Assembly: GCA_051294375.1 (NCBI GenBank)
Contig: CM119266.1
Location: forward strand, 15,862,018 to 15,926,017
DNA: 64,000 nucleotides
DNA from: Paraspadella gotoi
Taxonomy: Eukaryota; Animalia; Chaetognatha
Direction: 5' to 3'
This document shows, one piece after another, positions 26,746-40,922 of this stretch. Both the position numbers and the translations under genes were made by a program. Each line of letters opens with the position of its first letter. Positions within the stretch are counted from its first letter, which is position 1. The notes under the pieces were generated by a model. It was not told where the DNA came from and did not search any database. It saw only the letters and a list, made by a program, of their open reading frames with translations.

Positions 26746-27649
26746 CCTCCGCCCCAGCGGTCGCTCACCTCTCCGCTGGCTAGTCTTCGCCGCCTCCGAC
26801 GCCCCCCAGCTGACATGGCGGACAAAGCCGAAGTCAATGCGACACATTCGAAGCAAACGCAAATACGCCAACGAAATTTTCGACAATGACTACTCTGTCG
26901 ACCTATCACATGGTTTTTTTAACACACCTTTCACTCTTACGGCGCTCTACCACTCCCTCATCTTTTCTCAAATACTCCCATCCCCTTCGCGCAGAACCGA
27001 GCGGCGTCGTTTTTCCCGTGAGCGAATTTTGATCGCAGGTAATTTGAAGGAGGAACGAGAATCGAATGGAACCGGAAAATCGACGGCGCCGCCGGTGGAA
27101 ACGTTACCGATCCCGGCGCCGATTTTGAAGCGCCGCCGGCGACGCGAGGAGTGAGAAATGACGCGTCGCCACGAGGAGACGTCGGTGTTTAGGCGGCGTC
27201 GAATGGCGTCGGGTCTTTTGGAAGGGACGACTCGAATAATTGTTTTTACGTTTAAAAAAAGTTTGAAAATTTAAAGTACTATTAATACTTCCTGAAATGG
27301 GGATATAACTTGAAATATAAAACTATCAGTGTTAAATGTACATTGTACACGCAACAAGGAAAAAAATGAACACTGACGAAAGCATGGTGACGAAAAAAAA
27401 AAGAATGAAAGAATGCGCCTTGCATTCATGAAAGTCCCATTCTCCCCAAGGTTTAAGAAAGGCATAGTAAAAGGATCTTCTTTGAAAGAAGTGAATGCAA
27501 TCTCTCTCTCTCTCCTCTCCCTCTCCTCTCTCTTCTATCTCGTCCTCTCTCTCTCTCTCTCTCCTTTTATCGGCGTCGTTTGGAAATGCAAAGGCAGGTT
27601 CCCCTGCTCGTTGGCGCCGCAAAGGAAGAGAAGACCCCGCGCGGTCGGG

Positions 27650-27693
27650 ATTAGAGGCCAAATTAGAGGCCGAATTAGGGGCCAAATTAAGGG
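27650..27693 (+). repeat. 12-bp tandem repeat, about 3.5 copies
   Basis: attagaggccaa attagaggccga attaggggccaa attaaggg. Confidence 0.8.
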
Positions 27694-27763
27694 TATAGAT
27701 TCCCGTCAAGGTTCCTCTCTTTTTTTGCCTTTCGGTGGATTTTCGGTGTCATCAGGCATAAAA

Positions 27764-27808
<45 letters not shown>

Positions 27809-27813
27809 AGAGA

Positions 27814-27844
<31 letters not shown>

Positions 27845-28581
27845 TAAAATGAGAAAGATAAGAAAATAGTTAAAAAAAGAAGCTGCCACGTGTACAAACG
27901 CGCGCGTGCGACGACTCTTCTTTTTCATCTTTGCGCGCGCACGTGCACGTGTCGGCGAATTATGCCGCCTTTGGTGCGCGGGGTTAAACGAGGGCCAAAA
28001 TTTAGGACGAATGCCAACTGAGGTGAAAGAAAACGATTCTTTTCTCGGCTCAAACTCGAAATTCAAGCATAATACAAAATGCTTAATTTTAAAGTATTAC
28101 ATATTATTTTTCGCTCCAATTTTTTCTTACATTAAAGTAACATTTAGGAAACAGGCAATGCAACTAGAATCAAATAATTGCAATAAATTAATATATTTAG
28201 ATATAAAAACTTATAGCTATAGATATATATTATTGAACAAAACGATGTATCGCTTTTAGCGACACCGATATTTCATAAAATGAAACGTAAACAAAGAGGT
28301 AAAAGACGTTGAACCTTCTCTTCTTCATTTTATTAACGATCTTCGTTCGAAACAAGAAGAGAAAACAAATTTTTCAGTTTTCAGAGTTGGACCGAAAAAT
28401 GTTTATTTTCCGCTCCAAGATTTTGAGAAGGAAAGATTTTGTTTTGCGATAAAAGTTTTTGAAAATTAGCCAAGTTTACCTCATCTCGGGCGAAACGTAA
28501 AAAAGAGAATAACGAGCTTAGATGGAAACAAGAAAAGAAAGGGAAAATTTGAAAAAAAAAAATCATTAGAAAAAGAAATGA

Positions 28582-28641
<60 letters not shown>

Positions 28642-29837
28642 AAAAATAATGATGATAAATGATGTTGATGATGCAGAGAATGATGATCGATGATGATGAT
28701 GATGCATGAAAATAATCGACGCATGGAATGACGATGATGACGATGATGACGATGACGATGACGAAGAAAATGATGATGTTGATGACGAAGAAGATGATGA
28801 CGAAGATTATGACGATGTTGATGATGACGACGATGATGACGAAGACGACCAAGACGTAGACGAAAGAACATTCGTCAGAATTTTCATCCTTTCACCTTGA
28901 ACCATCTGCAACCATTTGCCGCAGGGAACCCAATACCTCGGGCTGGAGCAAGAAATCAAGAAATCTACGTGGGTTACGCGATTCGTTTCGGATATATGAT
29001 CCGCGAATTCGTGGGTCCGCGGATTCTTGGGCCGCCAATTGTCCATTTTTACTTTTGTGGCCATCAAGAAGACGACGACGACGAATGTCGATGATGATGA
29101 TGATCGGCCCTGACCCTTTTTTTTTCACACGCGGAGGGCGGCAGGTGGGGCGGTAAAGAAGAGAGGGAGTTAAGGGAGAAAATGAATCAGGGTGAAGCTT
29201 GGTGGAGTGAGATGGATGGGTGAACACGGAGGAATGGTGAAAAAGTGAAAAAGTTTTGGGACTGCCTAAAATTTAAATCGTAAAATGACAGCGAAATGTT
29301 GATAATCTTAAGAAATGGTTCTTCCCATGGTCGCCCCTCAAATCGGGACCTCCCAACCTCTTTTTCTTTTCAAGGTTAACACGTACTCTTCAGAACCAAA
29401 CAACTCCTCGGCTCCTCACCAAAAAAAAGAGTCCAAAGACGAAACGAAAATAAAGAGGAGATTTTTGAAAAGACAAGCCGATAAATTTCGTCCGATCTGA
29501 TCGGAGGAAAGGAGTAAGCTTTCTCCCCCCGATCGGCCAATCGAGCCAGCAAGCCGATCGGCGAAGAAACGGTGAAGGTCGCGAGCGAACATAACGGACG
29601 ACGTGAGAAAAAAAAAATTGGTTGGCATCGAAGGATCCCAGGCCGATCCGAAATCCCGCTCGATCTCCCGCCGTCGACTTCCATTTTTTTTTTCACATGA
29701 GCAAAACATGATAATCGCAGTTTTGACAAATGGAATTTCAAAGAAGAATTTTTTTTTACGAAAAAAAAAAATAAAGAAAAGACAGAATAGAAAGAGATGA
29801 GAAAGATTTTTTTTTTCTAGCCTTTTTCTGTCCCTGT

Positions 29838-29890
<53 letters not shown>

Positions 29891-30379
29891 CTCTCTTTCA
29901 TTTCTCTTCGTTCCTCTCTTCCTATCTTCCTCTCCTCGTCTGGGTTTGAGGCTTTTGATGGTCGGTGATGGATGGAGCGACGAGGAAAGAAGCAAAGGAG
30001 GGGCGATAGGTGAGATTATGGTGAGTTCGGGAGCTGAGGGTGAGTCGTGGTCCACGGTGAGGAGAGACGTTGATTTTTTAGAAAAAGAAAGAGATAGTGA
30101 GTGTCAAAAGGAGAGAAACGGAGCCAAGAGATTGAAACAATAATGTGAATGAAAAAAAGGGGAAAGGGGAAACAGAGAAAATCTTTCCCGAAAAAAAAGC
30201 TGATTAAGTGATGCATGGAAATCGGTCGTACGGGGTCTTCTAGGGACGTTCTTTGGCACGAAAAGTATCAGCTAGTACGATCAAGTCTCCTATTGAGTCT
30301 TTTGAACTGCTGTTCGAAAAATAGAGAGTTAAAAAGATAAAGAAAATTGTGAAAAACGGGCTCAGGAACTTTCTCTCTC

Positions 30380-30422
<43 letters not shown>

Positions 30423-30842
30423 TCTCTCTCTCTCTCGTCTCTCTCTCACCATTCAAGGCTTCCTCTTTCCACAGACAAATTTCGCGCTTTTCAGTCTGAC
30501 CTGCTTCGAACGAGGCAGAGACTGAGGACGCAACCTTGACCTCAGGAAGAAAATGCCGAGAAAAAGTTTGAAAAAGAAGAAAAAACGTAAATAAAAAAAA
30601 ACGAGACGGAGAAAAACAATACCTTGGTTTGAGAATTTCCAAAAGGGGAAGCGAAACAATGCCTATACCTTCTTTTTCTTTAATTCTCTACACCCTTTTT
30701 TCAAGTAATGACGCCGTCCAATAAGGCAGCCAGAGTTGGAACTGGCTGATAATGGGGACAGTTTCAACTGGCGCCCTCTTTCTGCAATTGGTACGCTCAG
30801 TTCGAATCTGGCTAAAAGCTTTACGCCTCTTTTTCAAACTGT

Positions 30843-31171
30843 TTTCCTCTGTTTTGGGGAAATCCCTACCACTATTTTTTCAAGCGGGGATTACTGTTTG
30901 AAGCCTTCTGCCTTATCCACGGCGCGGGAAATCCCGCCGCTATTTTTGATTGGGGATTGAACGTTTGAAGCCCTGTCCCGCCGTTGAAATCTCATCATGG
31001 GCAGTACCTAGCTTATAAAAAATATTTGTAACAAAAACAACGAAACTTGAACAATCCTAATTTAAAAATAAATATTATTTGCATTAGATTCATTCCTAAA
31101 CCCTATTATTTTATATTCCTCTCTCATCTGCAGTCCTACCTCTCTCCTTTTTTCTTATTTTTCTATTTTCA

Positions 31172-31202
<31 letters not shown>

Positions 31203-34200
31203 TATATAATAATAATATATCTCTCTCTCCTCTCTCTCTCCTCTCTTTCAATCTGTAATCTCTCTCTTTTCTTCTCACTCTATTCTTTTTTTCTATTTTA
31301 TCTCTCTCTCAACTTCCTCTCTTTGTCTCATCTTTCACTCTCTCTTTTTTTTTTATTTTCATATATCCTCTCTCTGTCTATGTCCTCTCTTTCCTCTGTC
31401 TCTCTCTCTATCCTCTCTCCTTTATCTTCTTTGGTATCTCTATCTCTTTCTCCTCTATTTCTTTTTTCTATTTTCTTATATCTCTCTCACTTTCTTTCTC
31501 TTTCTTGTCCTACCTCTTTCTCTCTTTCTTTTTTATATTCATAATATATATAATATATATCTCTCTCTCTCTCTCTCTCTGTCGACTCTCTTTTTTGATC
31601 CAAATGAATTATATACATATTGTTGAATGAAATTGGTACACACAATATAAAAAAATACAAAAAAGAAATGTTACTTATCATCTTTGCGTTTTGAATTGAG
31701 AAAGTTTAAATTTATAGCAAACAACGATTTATTTTGAGAACATTTGTTGGTTGTTGTTGTTTTGAAATTTTAAATTCAAGTCTTCATTAGCACTCTATTC
31801 CCCATCGAAGCTGATAATCCAGCTCAATAACACAACTTTTCCTACCAACCAATATACTATATTGTTCTTACTTTCTTTCTTTTTTAATTATCTTTTTCCT
31901 TACTTTTCTTTTTTTTTCTTTTTTTTTTTCCTAATTTTTTCTTCTTTCTTCTGTTTCTAACTTTTTCTGTCATTAATATTTCTGTAGTATTTAAAAAATA
32001 TAATTAAAAGAAGCAAGAAAAATTCAAAAATCCTATGACCCTCATTGTTATCGCTATTGTAGATACCCTTGAAGGCCCAAAAACAAAGAACCGTTTGAGA
32101 AGAGAGAGATAGAGAGAGAGGGAGAGAGAGAGAAGTGGGCCCATTTCTCGTCCGTCATGAAATTTGGGCTGGGGATCGTTGCAGGGAAATGAAATCCCGG
32201 CTGCAGACGCGCGCCAGGGCGTGTATGCGGTGATACTTATATTTCTCTTCCCCGAAACTGCGCCGAAGTTTAACAGTTTAAACTGTCGAGGATATGGCCC
32301 GCGGTAATATCTCTCTTTTCTGTTTCACAGGAAACTGTCTTTTTTTATTTCCCCTTCCCCTCTTTGGGTTTTTTTGGAGGGAATCCCTACCACTATTTTT
32401 CCACAGGGGATTACTGTTTGAAGCCTTCGCTTATCCACGGCGGAGAATCCCCGCGCCACTATTTTTGATGGGGATTGCACGTTTGAAGCCTTGTCCCGCC
32501 GTCAATCATCAACATGGGCAGTCCTTGTTAATAAAAATATTTTTAACTAAACAATACGAAACTTAACAATCCTAAGTTAAAAAATAAATAATTTATTTGC
32601 TTTGATTCATTCCCTAAAACCCTCTATTTTATATTCTCTCTCTCTCTACTCTGGTCTACGCCTCTCTCTCTTTTTATTTTTTTCATTTCATCTCTCTCCT
32701 CCTCTCTCTCTCTCTCTTCTCTCTCTCCTCCCTCTTTCAATCTGTATTCTCTCTTTTTCTCACTCTATTTCTTTTTTTTTTCTATTTTATCTCTACTCTC
32801 AACTTTCTCCTCTTTGTCTCTCTTTCTACCTCTCCTCTTTTTTTTTTTATTTCATATATCTTTCTCTCTGTCTCTGTCTCTCTTTCTCGTCTTCTCTCTC
32901 TCTATCTCTCTCTCTCTTTATCTCATCTTTGTTCTCTATTCTTTCTCACTCTATTTCCTTTTTTTTTTTTATCTCTCTCTCAACTTTACTTTCTCCTCCT
33001 TTGTCTCCTTTTCTCTCTTTATTCTTTTTTAAAATATTCATATATATATATATAATCTCCTCTCTTCTCTAGCTCTCTCTCTCATCTGTCTGTCTGTCTC
33101 CTCTCTTTTTTTGATCCAAATGATTATAAATTTTTTGAAATGAAATTGGTAAAACAACCAATATAAAAAATACAAAAAAAGAATGTTACTTAGCATCTTT
33201 GTTGTTTTGGAAAATTGAGAAAAGTTGAATTAATAGCAAGGCAACGATTATTTGAGACATTTGTTGTTGTGTTGTTTTGAATTTTAATTCAAGTCTTCAT
33301 TAGTAGCGGTAGCCGATCCAATTTCAAATTTTAATGCGGCAACACATTAAACATAGCATTAATTGGTATTAATTATTGTGTTAAATAATATTTTTTTTGC
33401 AAAAAATGTTCCGAACCATAGAGTAAGTTCCTAATTAATATTATTATATTGCTATATAATGGTTAAACAAATTTTTTTTGGATATATTTAAATTTTTTTA
33501 ATTGATTCTGAATAGAGCTTAAAAAGTTACAGCAAAAATCATAATTAACAACTTTATTACAATTTCTGATGTTTTATTACTAAAAAAATTAAGTAAAACT
33601 GCTAAAATCATCGGATTGATGATGGATGATGATGATTTTTTAAGGTTTTTCTCAATTTTAACCCATCTTATCAATCAAAATATTGAAAAAAAAAATTATA
33701 CTTTTTTGTTTAGATAACATTTTCAAATAAGCTATTCTGATTCTGCTTTTTAAAAAAAAAAAATCCCAAAAAAAAATTTTTGACATTTCCCTATCTAATA
33801 ACATAAAATATTAAAAAATTTAAATTACTAATGCTTCTTGCCATTTATTAGAAAATTGTTTAGCTCCATTGAAAGTTTTCTCAGAAGAATGTATGAAGTT
33901 TTCATTTGAAGTTCCCAAATAAACTTCTGACCACCCCATTGAAACGAAGTTGGGCTCTAATCATTAGCACTCTATTCCATCGAAGCTGTATATCCAGCTC
34001 AATAACACACTTTTCCTACACATACAATAACTATATTGTCTTTCTTTCTTCTTTTTATTTATCTTTTTTTTTCTTTTCTTTTTTTTTCTTTTTTGTTCCT
34101 ATATTTTTCTTTTTTTCCCTTTCTTTCTTTTTTTTTTTCCTTACTTTTCTGTCATTAATATTTCTGTATATTTAAAAAAAAATATATTAAAAGAAAAGCA

Positions 34201-34510
34201 GAAGAAAAATTCAAATCTGTGACCCTCAATTGTTATGCTATTGGAAGATAAAACCTGAAGCCAAAAAAACAAAGAACGTTTGAGAGAGAGAGATAGAGAA
34301 GATAGATAGAGAGAGAGAGAGGGAGAGAGAGAGAGTGGGCCATTCCTCGTCCCCGTCATGAATTTGGGCGGGGATTGCCGGGAATAAATCCGCGGTGAAG
34401 ACCGGCCGCAGGGCGTAGTTGCGGTGAACTTATAGTTCTCTTCCCCGAAACCTGCGGAAGTTAAACAGTTAAAACTGCGAAGGATATGGCCCGCGTAATA
34501 TCTCCCTTTT
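30843..34510 (+). repeat. Tandem direct duplication of a ~1.5-kb unit (about 30843-32330 and 32355-34510, the second carrying a 656-bp insertion)
   Basis: Shared anchors aatccctaccactatttt, gatccaaatga, aagtcttcattag, gtgggccca and gatatggcccgcg occur in the same order in both copies. Confidence 0.88.
33304..33959. mobile_element. Non-autonomous DNA transposon insertion, hAT-like (TAG...CTA ends, 8-bp TSD)
   Basis: Absent from the equivalent site of the other copy (31779-31800 reads aagtcttcattagcactctatt). Flanked by ttcattag (33296-33303) and atcattag (33960-33967). An internal part resembles the AT-rich repeat at about 4540-4660. Confidence 0.65.
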
Positions 34511-37125
34511 TCTTATCTTTATATAAACGTATATAGTTTAGTTTTCTTTTGTTTCTTACTTCTTTTTTAATTTTTCTTTTCTTTCTTCTCTTCTTTCTTT
34601 CTTTCTTTCTTTCTTTCTTCTTGCTTTTTTCTTCTCTTCTCTCTTTCTTTCTTTCTTTTTCTTCTCTTTTGCTTCTTTTATCTTCTCGTTTCCTCTTTTA
34701 TGTAGCTTAGTCTCACGTACCATACTCTTCTTTTCTCCTTTTTCTCTTTTTCTTTCCATTTCTTTTTGTAGCAGGCGAAAGCGGCTACTCGCTCCGTGAC
34801 TGCCCATAGCGCTTGAATAAAGGACTCCTTTCCTTTTTTTTTCCTTCCTTCTTTTTAGACGAGAGTAGTATATCTATTCACCTTGGCTAAAAAGGCGTCC
34901 CCTTCCCGCCTACTCCAACCTCCTCGTCCCCTTTTCCTCGCCCTCTAGTCCCTTTCTTCTCGTCCCTTTCTTCGTTCGCTCCTCCCCGTTAGTCGCCCCT
35001 AGTTTTTCAGATCTTGGTTTTTTTTTTCGTTTTTCTTCACTTTTCCAACTTTTCTTCTCGACTAATTTTCTTCTTTAATCCTAAAACTTTTCTCAGCCAA
35101 GCANNNNNNNNNNNNNNNNNNNNNNNNNCCGCCGTAAGGCTTCATGGTCCCAAAGGTAAAAAGAATATGATCATCCAAAACACGTGAAAAGATTCTCTGA
35201 ACAGAGAGAGAGAGAGNNNNNNNNNNNNNNNNNNNNNNNNNNNNNNNNNNNNNNNNNNNNNNNNNNNNNNNNNNNNNNNNNNNNNNNNNNNNNNNNNNNN
35301 NNNNNNNNNNNNNNNNNNNNNNNNNNNNNNNNNNNNNNNNNNNNNNNNNNNNNNNNNNNNNNACCGCCTCTGATTGCGTTATTGGTCTTGGAAAATGTCT
35401 TGAAGTAACGTCCTTACGTCGCCGGAGGCGTTACAAGTTAAAACCTGCAAAGGTAAACGCTTTATACCGCGCTTTCCAAAGACGGTAGAGGTGGCGGCGT
35501 CGGTGGCGTCGGCAGCGGCGTCGGCGGCGTCGACGGCGGCGTCGGCACCGGCACCGGTTCTCCCATTGAAGGCAGAAGAGATTGAAACGAAATTCCATCG
35601 CATGAGAATAAGAAGAATCAAGAATAAGAAGCAGAAGAAGAAAAAGAAGAAACAAGACACGGAATATGATTCACCCCGCGGGTATACCGCCGCCGGTGAA
35701 AGCCCAGCGCCATTCACTGGAAAATCTTGTGAAGAGACGCGNNNNNNNNNNNNNNNNNNNNNNNNNNNNNNNNNNNNNNNNNNNNNNNNNNNNNNNNNNN
35801 NNNNNNNNNNNNNNNNNNNNNNNNNNNNNNNNNNNNNNNNNNNNNNNNNNNNNNNNNNNNNNNNNNNNNNNNNNNNNNNNNNNNNNNNNNNNNNNNNNNN
35901 NNNNNNNNNNNNNNNNNNNNNNNNNNNNNNNNNNNNAAATTGGGTTGTCTGAGTGCAAAAGATTACGAAGAATAGTTCACTCGTAGTTTCACTCTGATAT
36001 TTTTAGATTTATGGTACCACCAGGATAACATTAAATTCCGTGCGGAAGAATTTCAAGCGTATTACGAATTTAAAATTTTTGTTTTTTTTTTAACGACTCA
36101 CAAACAAACGCTCCGTGAGAATATCTTCACCACGCACGACCTTGGCGTTCCCGCCTGTCAAAAGTACTTGTATGTGTATCGGGGATATTTTCTAAAATCG
36201 GCTCGCCGTTAAAATTTAAAATCTTGGGCTCTCATCCGGGTTTCCACCTTCGCTGGGATTTTTAACAAAGAATTCCCTTTCTCCCTCTTGCGAAATATTA
36301 ATATTAAGGGGAGAAAGAGCGAGAGAGAGGAGAATTGGGAAGAGAGGAAGAGAAGAGGTGGAAGGGAGGAAGGAGGAGAGAGAGATGAGCAGAGAGAGAG
36401 AGATTTATTTGCGTGGCGAAGGCAAACCTTTGAAAAAAAAAACAGGGGGAAAAACGTGTTAAACTTAAAGAGGTGATTCACGGATTGTGAGAGAAAAATC
36501 CTTGCAGCGTCGATGACGAGAGGAAACGACGCCCACGATTCTCCGTCGCCTTCGACGTAGATGGCGCTGAAGGTTTTCGTTAAAACGTGAACCGTCTCGA
36601 TCGAGGAAAGACTGAACCAAGTATGTATCATTGAAACTCTTTAGATTGGGTAGACTAAATTCACTAGGTTCATTAAATTGAATAAGTGAACGCGAAATAA
36701 TAAGAAAAAATAAAGGAAAGAAAATTGATTTGAAGTCAATTGTTCGTTAAGTAGAATCGAAGCAAAATCTCGCAGTCCCTTTCGCCGATTACGCACTCGG
36801 CGAACGATCTCGCTTTAACGAATACGCTCTCGTAATTACGCACTCGCGATTTCTCGTGATTAAGCGGAGGTGAAGGATTGAGCGGCGGCTGGCGGCTGGC
36901 GGGCGGTTGGCGGCGTCCCGCGCTTCGCTCAGGTTTCCTCTTCTGCGCCGAGAATCGGAATCAAGGTCTGTTCTTTGAATCGAAAGGAAACACGCACGCC
37001 CACGCCTTAGAAGTTAAGGTGAACGAAGGCGAGGGGCGAGGAGAGGACAAGGGAAGAAAGGAATCTCAATACCTCATTTGCATAACGGGAGGAATTTGAA
37101 CTCCGCTACTCTTCTCTCTCTCTCT

Positions 37126-37197
<72 letters not shown>

Positions 37198-37574
37198 GAG
37201 ACGCGACGGAGAGGGGTTAACGCAGGTGAGAGACGAGGGGAAAGAGAAAGAGAGGAAGGTAAAGAAAGAGAAAATTGAATTTAAAAAAAGTTAAATTTAG
37301 CGTTTTAAAAGAATAGGCAAAAGGTAATGAATTTGAAGTGATGGCATTCGAATATAAAGGAAATTGAAACTATGTATACGTTTACCAAAAAGTTATTTTC
37401 ATTCATACTCAACAAGGCCAAATTAAATGATACAATAAAACCCAAAAAAAATCCGGATTTAAAAAGTGGAAAATTGGAAAAAAGGGATTCAACGCGAGAG
37501 AGAGATTTCATTTTGATGAGACAACCGTGGAGGATGTTCTGGTTAATGAGGAAGTAAACCACTTCCGAGATTTC

Positions 37575-37685
<111 letters not shown>

Positions 37686-39950
37686 GTCTTCTCAATCGCC
37701 GAGGAAAAGGAGCCATTTCGATACAATAAACCCTTTCAATCTTCCGCTCCAGATCACAGAATGCCAGTGAAATGTTGCATGTTGAATCCCTCGTCCTTCG
37801 GTTTAAAAAAAAAACTGCCTTGGATCGGAATCAGAGAAACTTCTTGCGGCGGAATTCGAAAGAGTTCGTCGTTGATTGTGAATCGCGTTAGTGAAACTCA
37901 AGCTCAACTCTCGAGATCACGGAACGAAAATCATAACCAAATCGGAAGATTAAGGTTCACATATCGATGGGAGAACCGATCAGGGAAGTTGCATTGAAAG
38001 GCGTAAGTTTTTCATTGCGTTCTGTGTTAATAAGTGACATATTTGGTGAATAAAGATTTATTTTAGTATTGAGTGAAGTATTTTTGCATTTAGTACAAAA
38101 GCTAATTGTTTAATTGTCTGCAACCGATACCAAAATAGCAAAATACCCTTCCGTATTTTTAATTAGTTGTGTCCAATTCAAGAATGATTTAAATCGCTCT
38201 TCGTTTAAACGTCCTTTTCTTCCTCTCTCTCTCTCTTTCTCTTTCATTCCCTCTCTCGCCATTTCTATTTCTCTCTCTCGGTTCAGCCTCGATTTCCGGT
38301 TCACCTGATTGGAGAATCCCATTGACCAATCAGGGTGAGACTTTGTTTCCGCTTGAGTAAATCGGCTGCGCTTTAAAGGTGACTGAACAATCGAACAAAC
38401 AGGGAGTGAAAGAGAGAGAGAGAGACAAAGGGAGAGAAAAACATCGCCGACGACGAAGAAGACAACGACCACGACGACATCGCCAAAGAAACGAAGAGAC
38501 GGATGACACGAAATGATGAAAAGATACCTCGGTCGCCGCAACAAAAACAAAGATGAAAACAATACGTCTCTATGTAATTTAACTATAATAATTCTTTAAA
38601 AAACATTTTTAGGGAAATTTCAATTGCAATATACAATTGTCCGAAAATCTAATGATTTTTTCTGACTAAAGTTGCAACTTGTGAAGAAAAAAATAACCAC
38701 AGGTACCGATAAACCGTTCTATTTTTAAAGGAAACCTCGGCGACGACGAACTGCTGATTCTTTTTATTTTGTTTATTGCTAAATACTTCACGACAATCTC
38801 TCTCAAAAATTATAAATCTTCTCTATTTTAACAACAATGAAAATTCACCAATCGTGGGTAATAGGTATTGGATGTAAGCAATACTTTATTTAGTTTTAAT
38901 TTTCAGACGTTCCTCTCGTTTTCATTCTGTCCTTCTTTTCTTCATTCTGTCATTCTTTAGACAGAATTTTTGTAAAAATCCTTTCCTTCTTAATTTGAAT
39001 CATTTTCTTTCTTTTTACTCTTTTTTTTTCATTTCCCTTTTCACCCTCTCCCCCCCCCTCCCCCCTATTTTCCGCGAACAGACGCGCGTCGGTTTGAAGT
39101 TTCACTCGTCACTCGATCTCGAGACTCCGCACGTGACGATCCTGAATTGTGAAACTCCGTGAAAATTCGATGGCAGAAGGTGTTCCCCCACCTTCGTGTC
39201 CGCCTCCGAGCATCGCAGCCTCAGCCGCAGCCGCAGCCGAAGCCGCAGCTGAAGCCGCAGCCGCCGCCGTCACCTTTGCCTGTTCGTCGCGGTTGTTCGA
39301 CATCCTCTTCCTCTACTTGTTTCCGTGTTTTTGTTAACATCCCGTTTCATTAGTGGTTTCTCATTACTTTTTTTTCAAACAGTATAATTTGCCAATTACT
39401 TACATAATATTTATTTAACAATTAAAACGAGGATCAATGGTTGGTATAAAACGACAGAAATTTTAAAAGAGATCCACCGTTACTATTTTCTTCTTCGACC
39501 GTTTTGCTTCTCTTTAAACAATAATTTAAGCTCAGACATTAATTGTTAACATAAAAAAAAAGTTTCGTTCCCAGAGCATCGGCAACGATTTTTCAAAGAG
39601 ATAACGAAGTCAAGAAACAAAGAAATGAAACCACTGAGAAAAGAATCGATTGTGTTTCGGCTGAAACAAAAAAACAAATCGCAAACGCGAACAAAAAAAA
39701 ACCATAAAAACTGGACGACAATGACGCCGGCGACTCTGGAAAAATAAAAGAACAACGGTATTAGTTAAGAAAGAAAAAAAAAACTTTTTAAATACTCGAA
39801 CAATCGCATCGGTCCTCCGGTTTTATCCAGTGATTAATTCCTCATTCTCCGTGAGGACTGATGCACATTCACAAAAGCATAGCCATGAATTGTTCAAGAA
39901 TAGAGATAAAAGAAAAAAAAAACCGAAAGGCAGAGGAGAGAGAGAGTGAG

Positions 39951-39989
<39 letters not shown>

Positions 39990-40275
39990 AGAGAGAGAGA
40001 AGAGAAGAGAGGAGATGGAGAGAAAACAAGAAGAGAAGAGAGAGAAATTGAAGAGAAGAATGAAGCGAAATCAAAAGGAATAGAAGAGAAAGAATAAAAA
40101 AAGAAACAGATAAAACTTGGGAAGACAAAGAAAAAACAAAAACGTGGAATTGTGGATATCAATGGATTTCAATGAAAAAAATTTAAAAGGAGCAAAAAAG
40201 ATTTAAAAAGACAATAATAAGCTACTCAGAAATACTCAAAAATATGTATGAAAAACTGAAAAAAAGAAAGAACGA

Positions 40276-40307
<32 letters not shown>

Positions 40308-40908
40308 AACACAGTAAAAGTAAGCTAACAGGAAAAACGAGCAAGCAAGCAAGCAATGCTCCTCTCTGGCGCTGGCGCTAAAAAGAGAGAGAGCTCTCTC
40401 TCACGTATCTCTCCCTCTCTCTCTCTCCCTTCTCTCTCTTCTCTCTCTCTCTCCCTCTTTCTCTCTCTCTCTCTCCTCTCGTCTCTCCTATCCGTCCTCT
40501 CATCTCTCTCTCTCTTCTCCTCCTCTCACTCTCGCCAGCCCCGCGTCCGCCTCCTGCCTCCCTGCTTGCCTTCCCGANNNNNNNNNNNNNNNNNNNNNNN
40601 NNNNNNNNNNNTTTTTTGCCATTTGGCAGAAAAACGGATCTCCGCTCCGGCGCCTATTTAGATCCAGGTTAAGCCGAGTTGCATACTCGCGCACCATGAG
40701 ATATGGTGCCGGACTCTGGCCGGAAAGGGCGAGCGCAAAGGGCTTAAGGCCAATGGCGGAAAAACTGACCACGACTCCAAATCCACCCGGCGGTGGCGCG
40801 GCAGTCGCGCCGAGAAAAAAATGAACAGGCGACTCTGGTCTTCCTTTTTTTTTCGTTTACCGAAGAGAAACGACAAATACGAACGGTTCGACCGATGACG
40901 CGTCTCCC

Positions 40909-40922
40909 GTTGCCATGGAAAT
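40909..40922. promoter_or_regulatory. RFX X-box-like motif
   Basis: GTTGCCATGGAAAT is 13/14 to GTTGCCATGGAAAC and sits at the edge of a CpG-rich segment. Confidence 0.3.

Noticed and set aside
28640-29110. Acidic poly-Asp or poly-Ser/His ORFs
   Set aside because: Driven by GAT/GAC repeats; no frame could be favoured and no domain was recognised.
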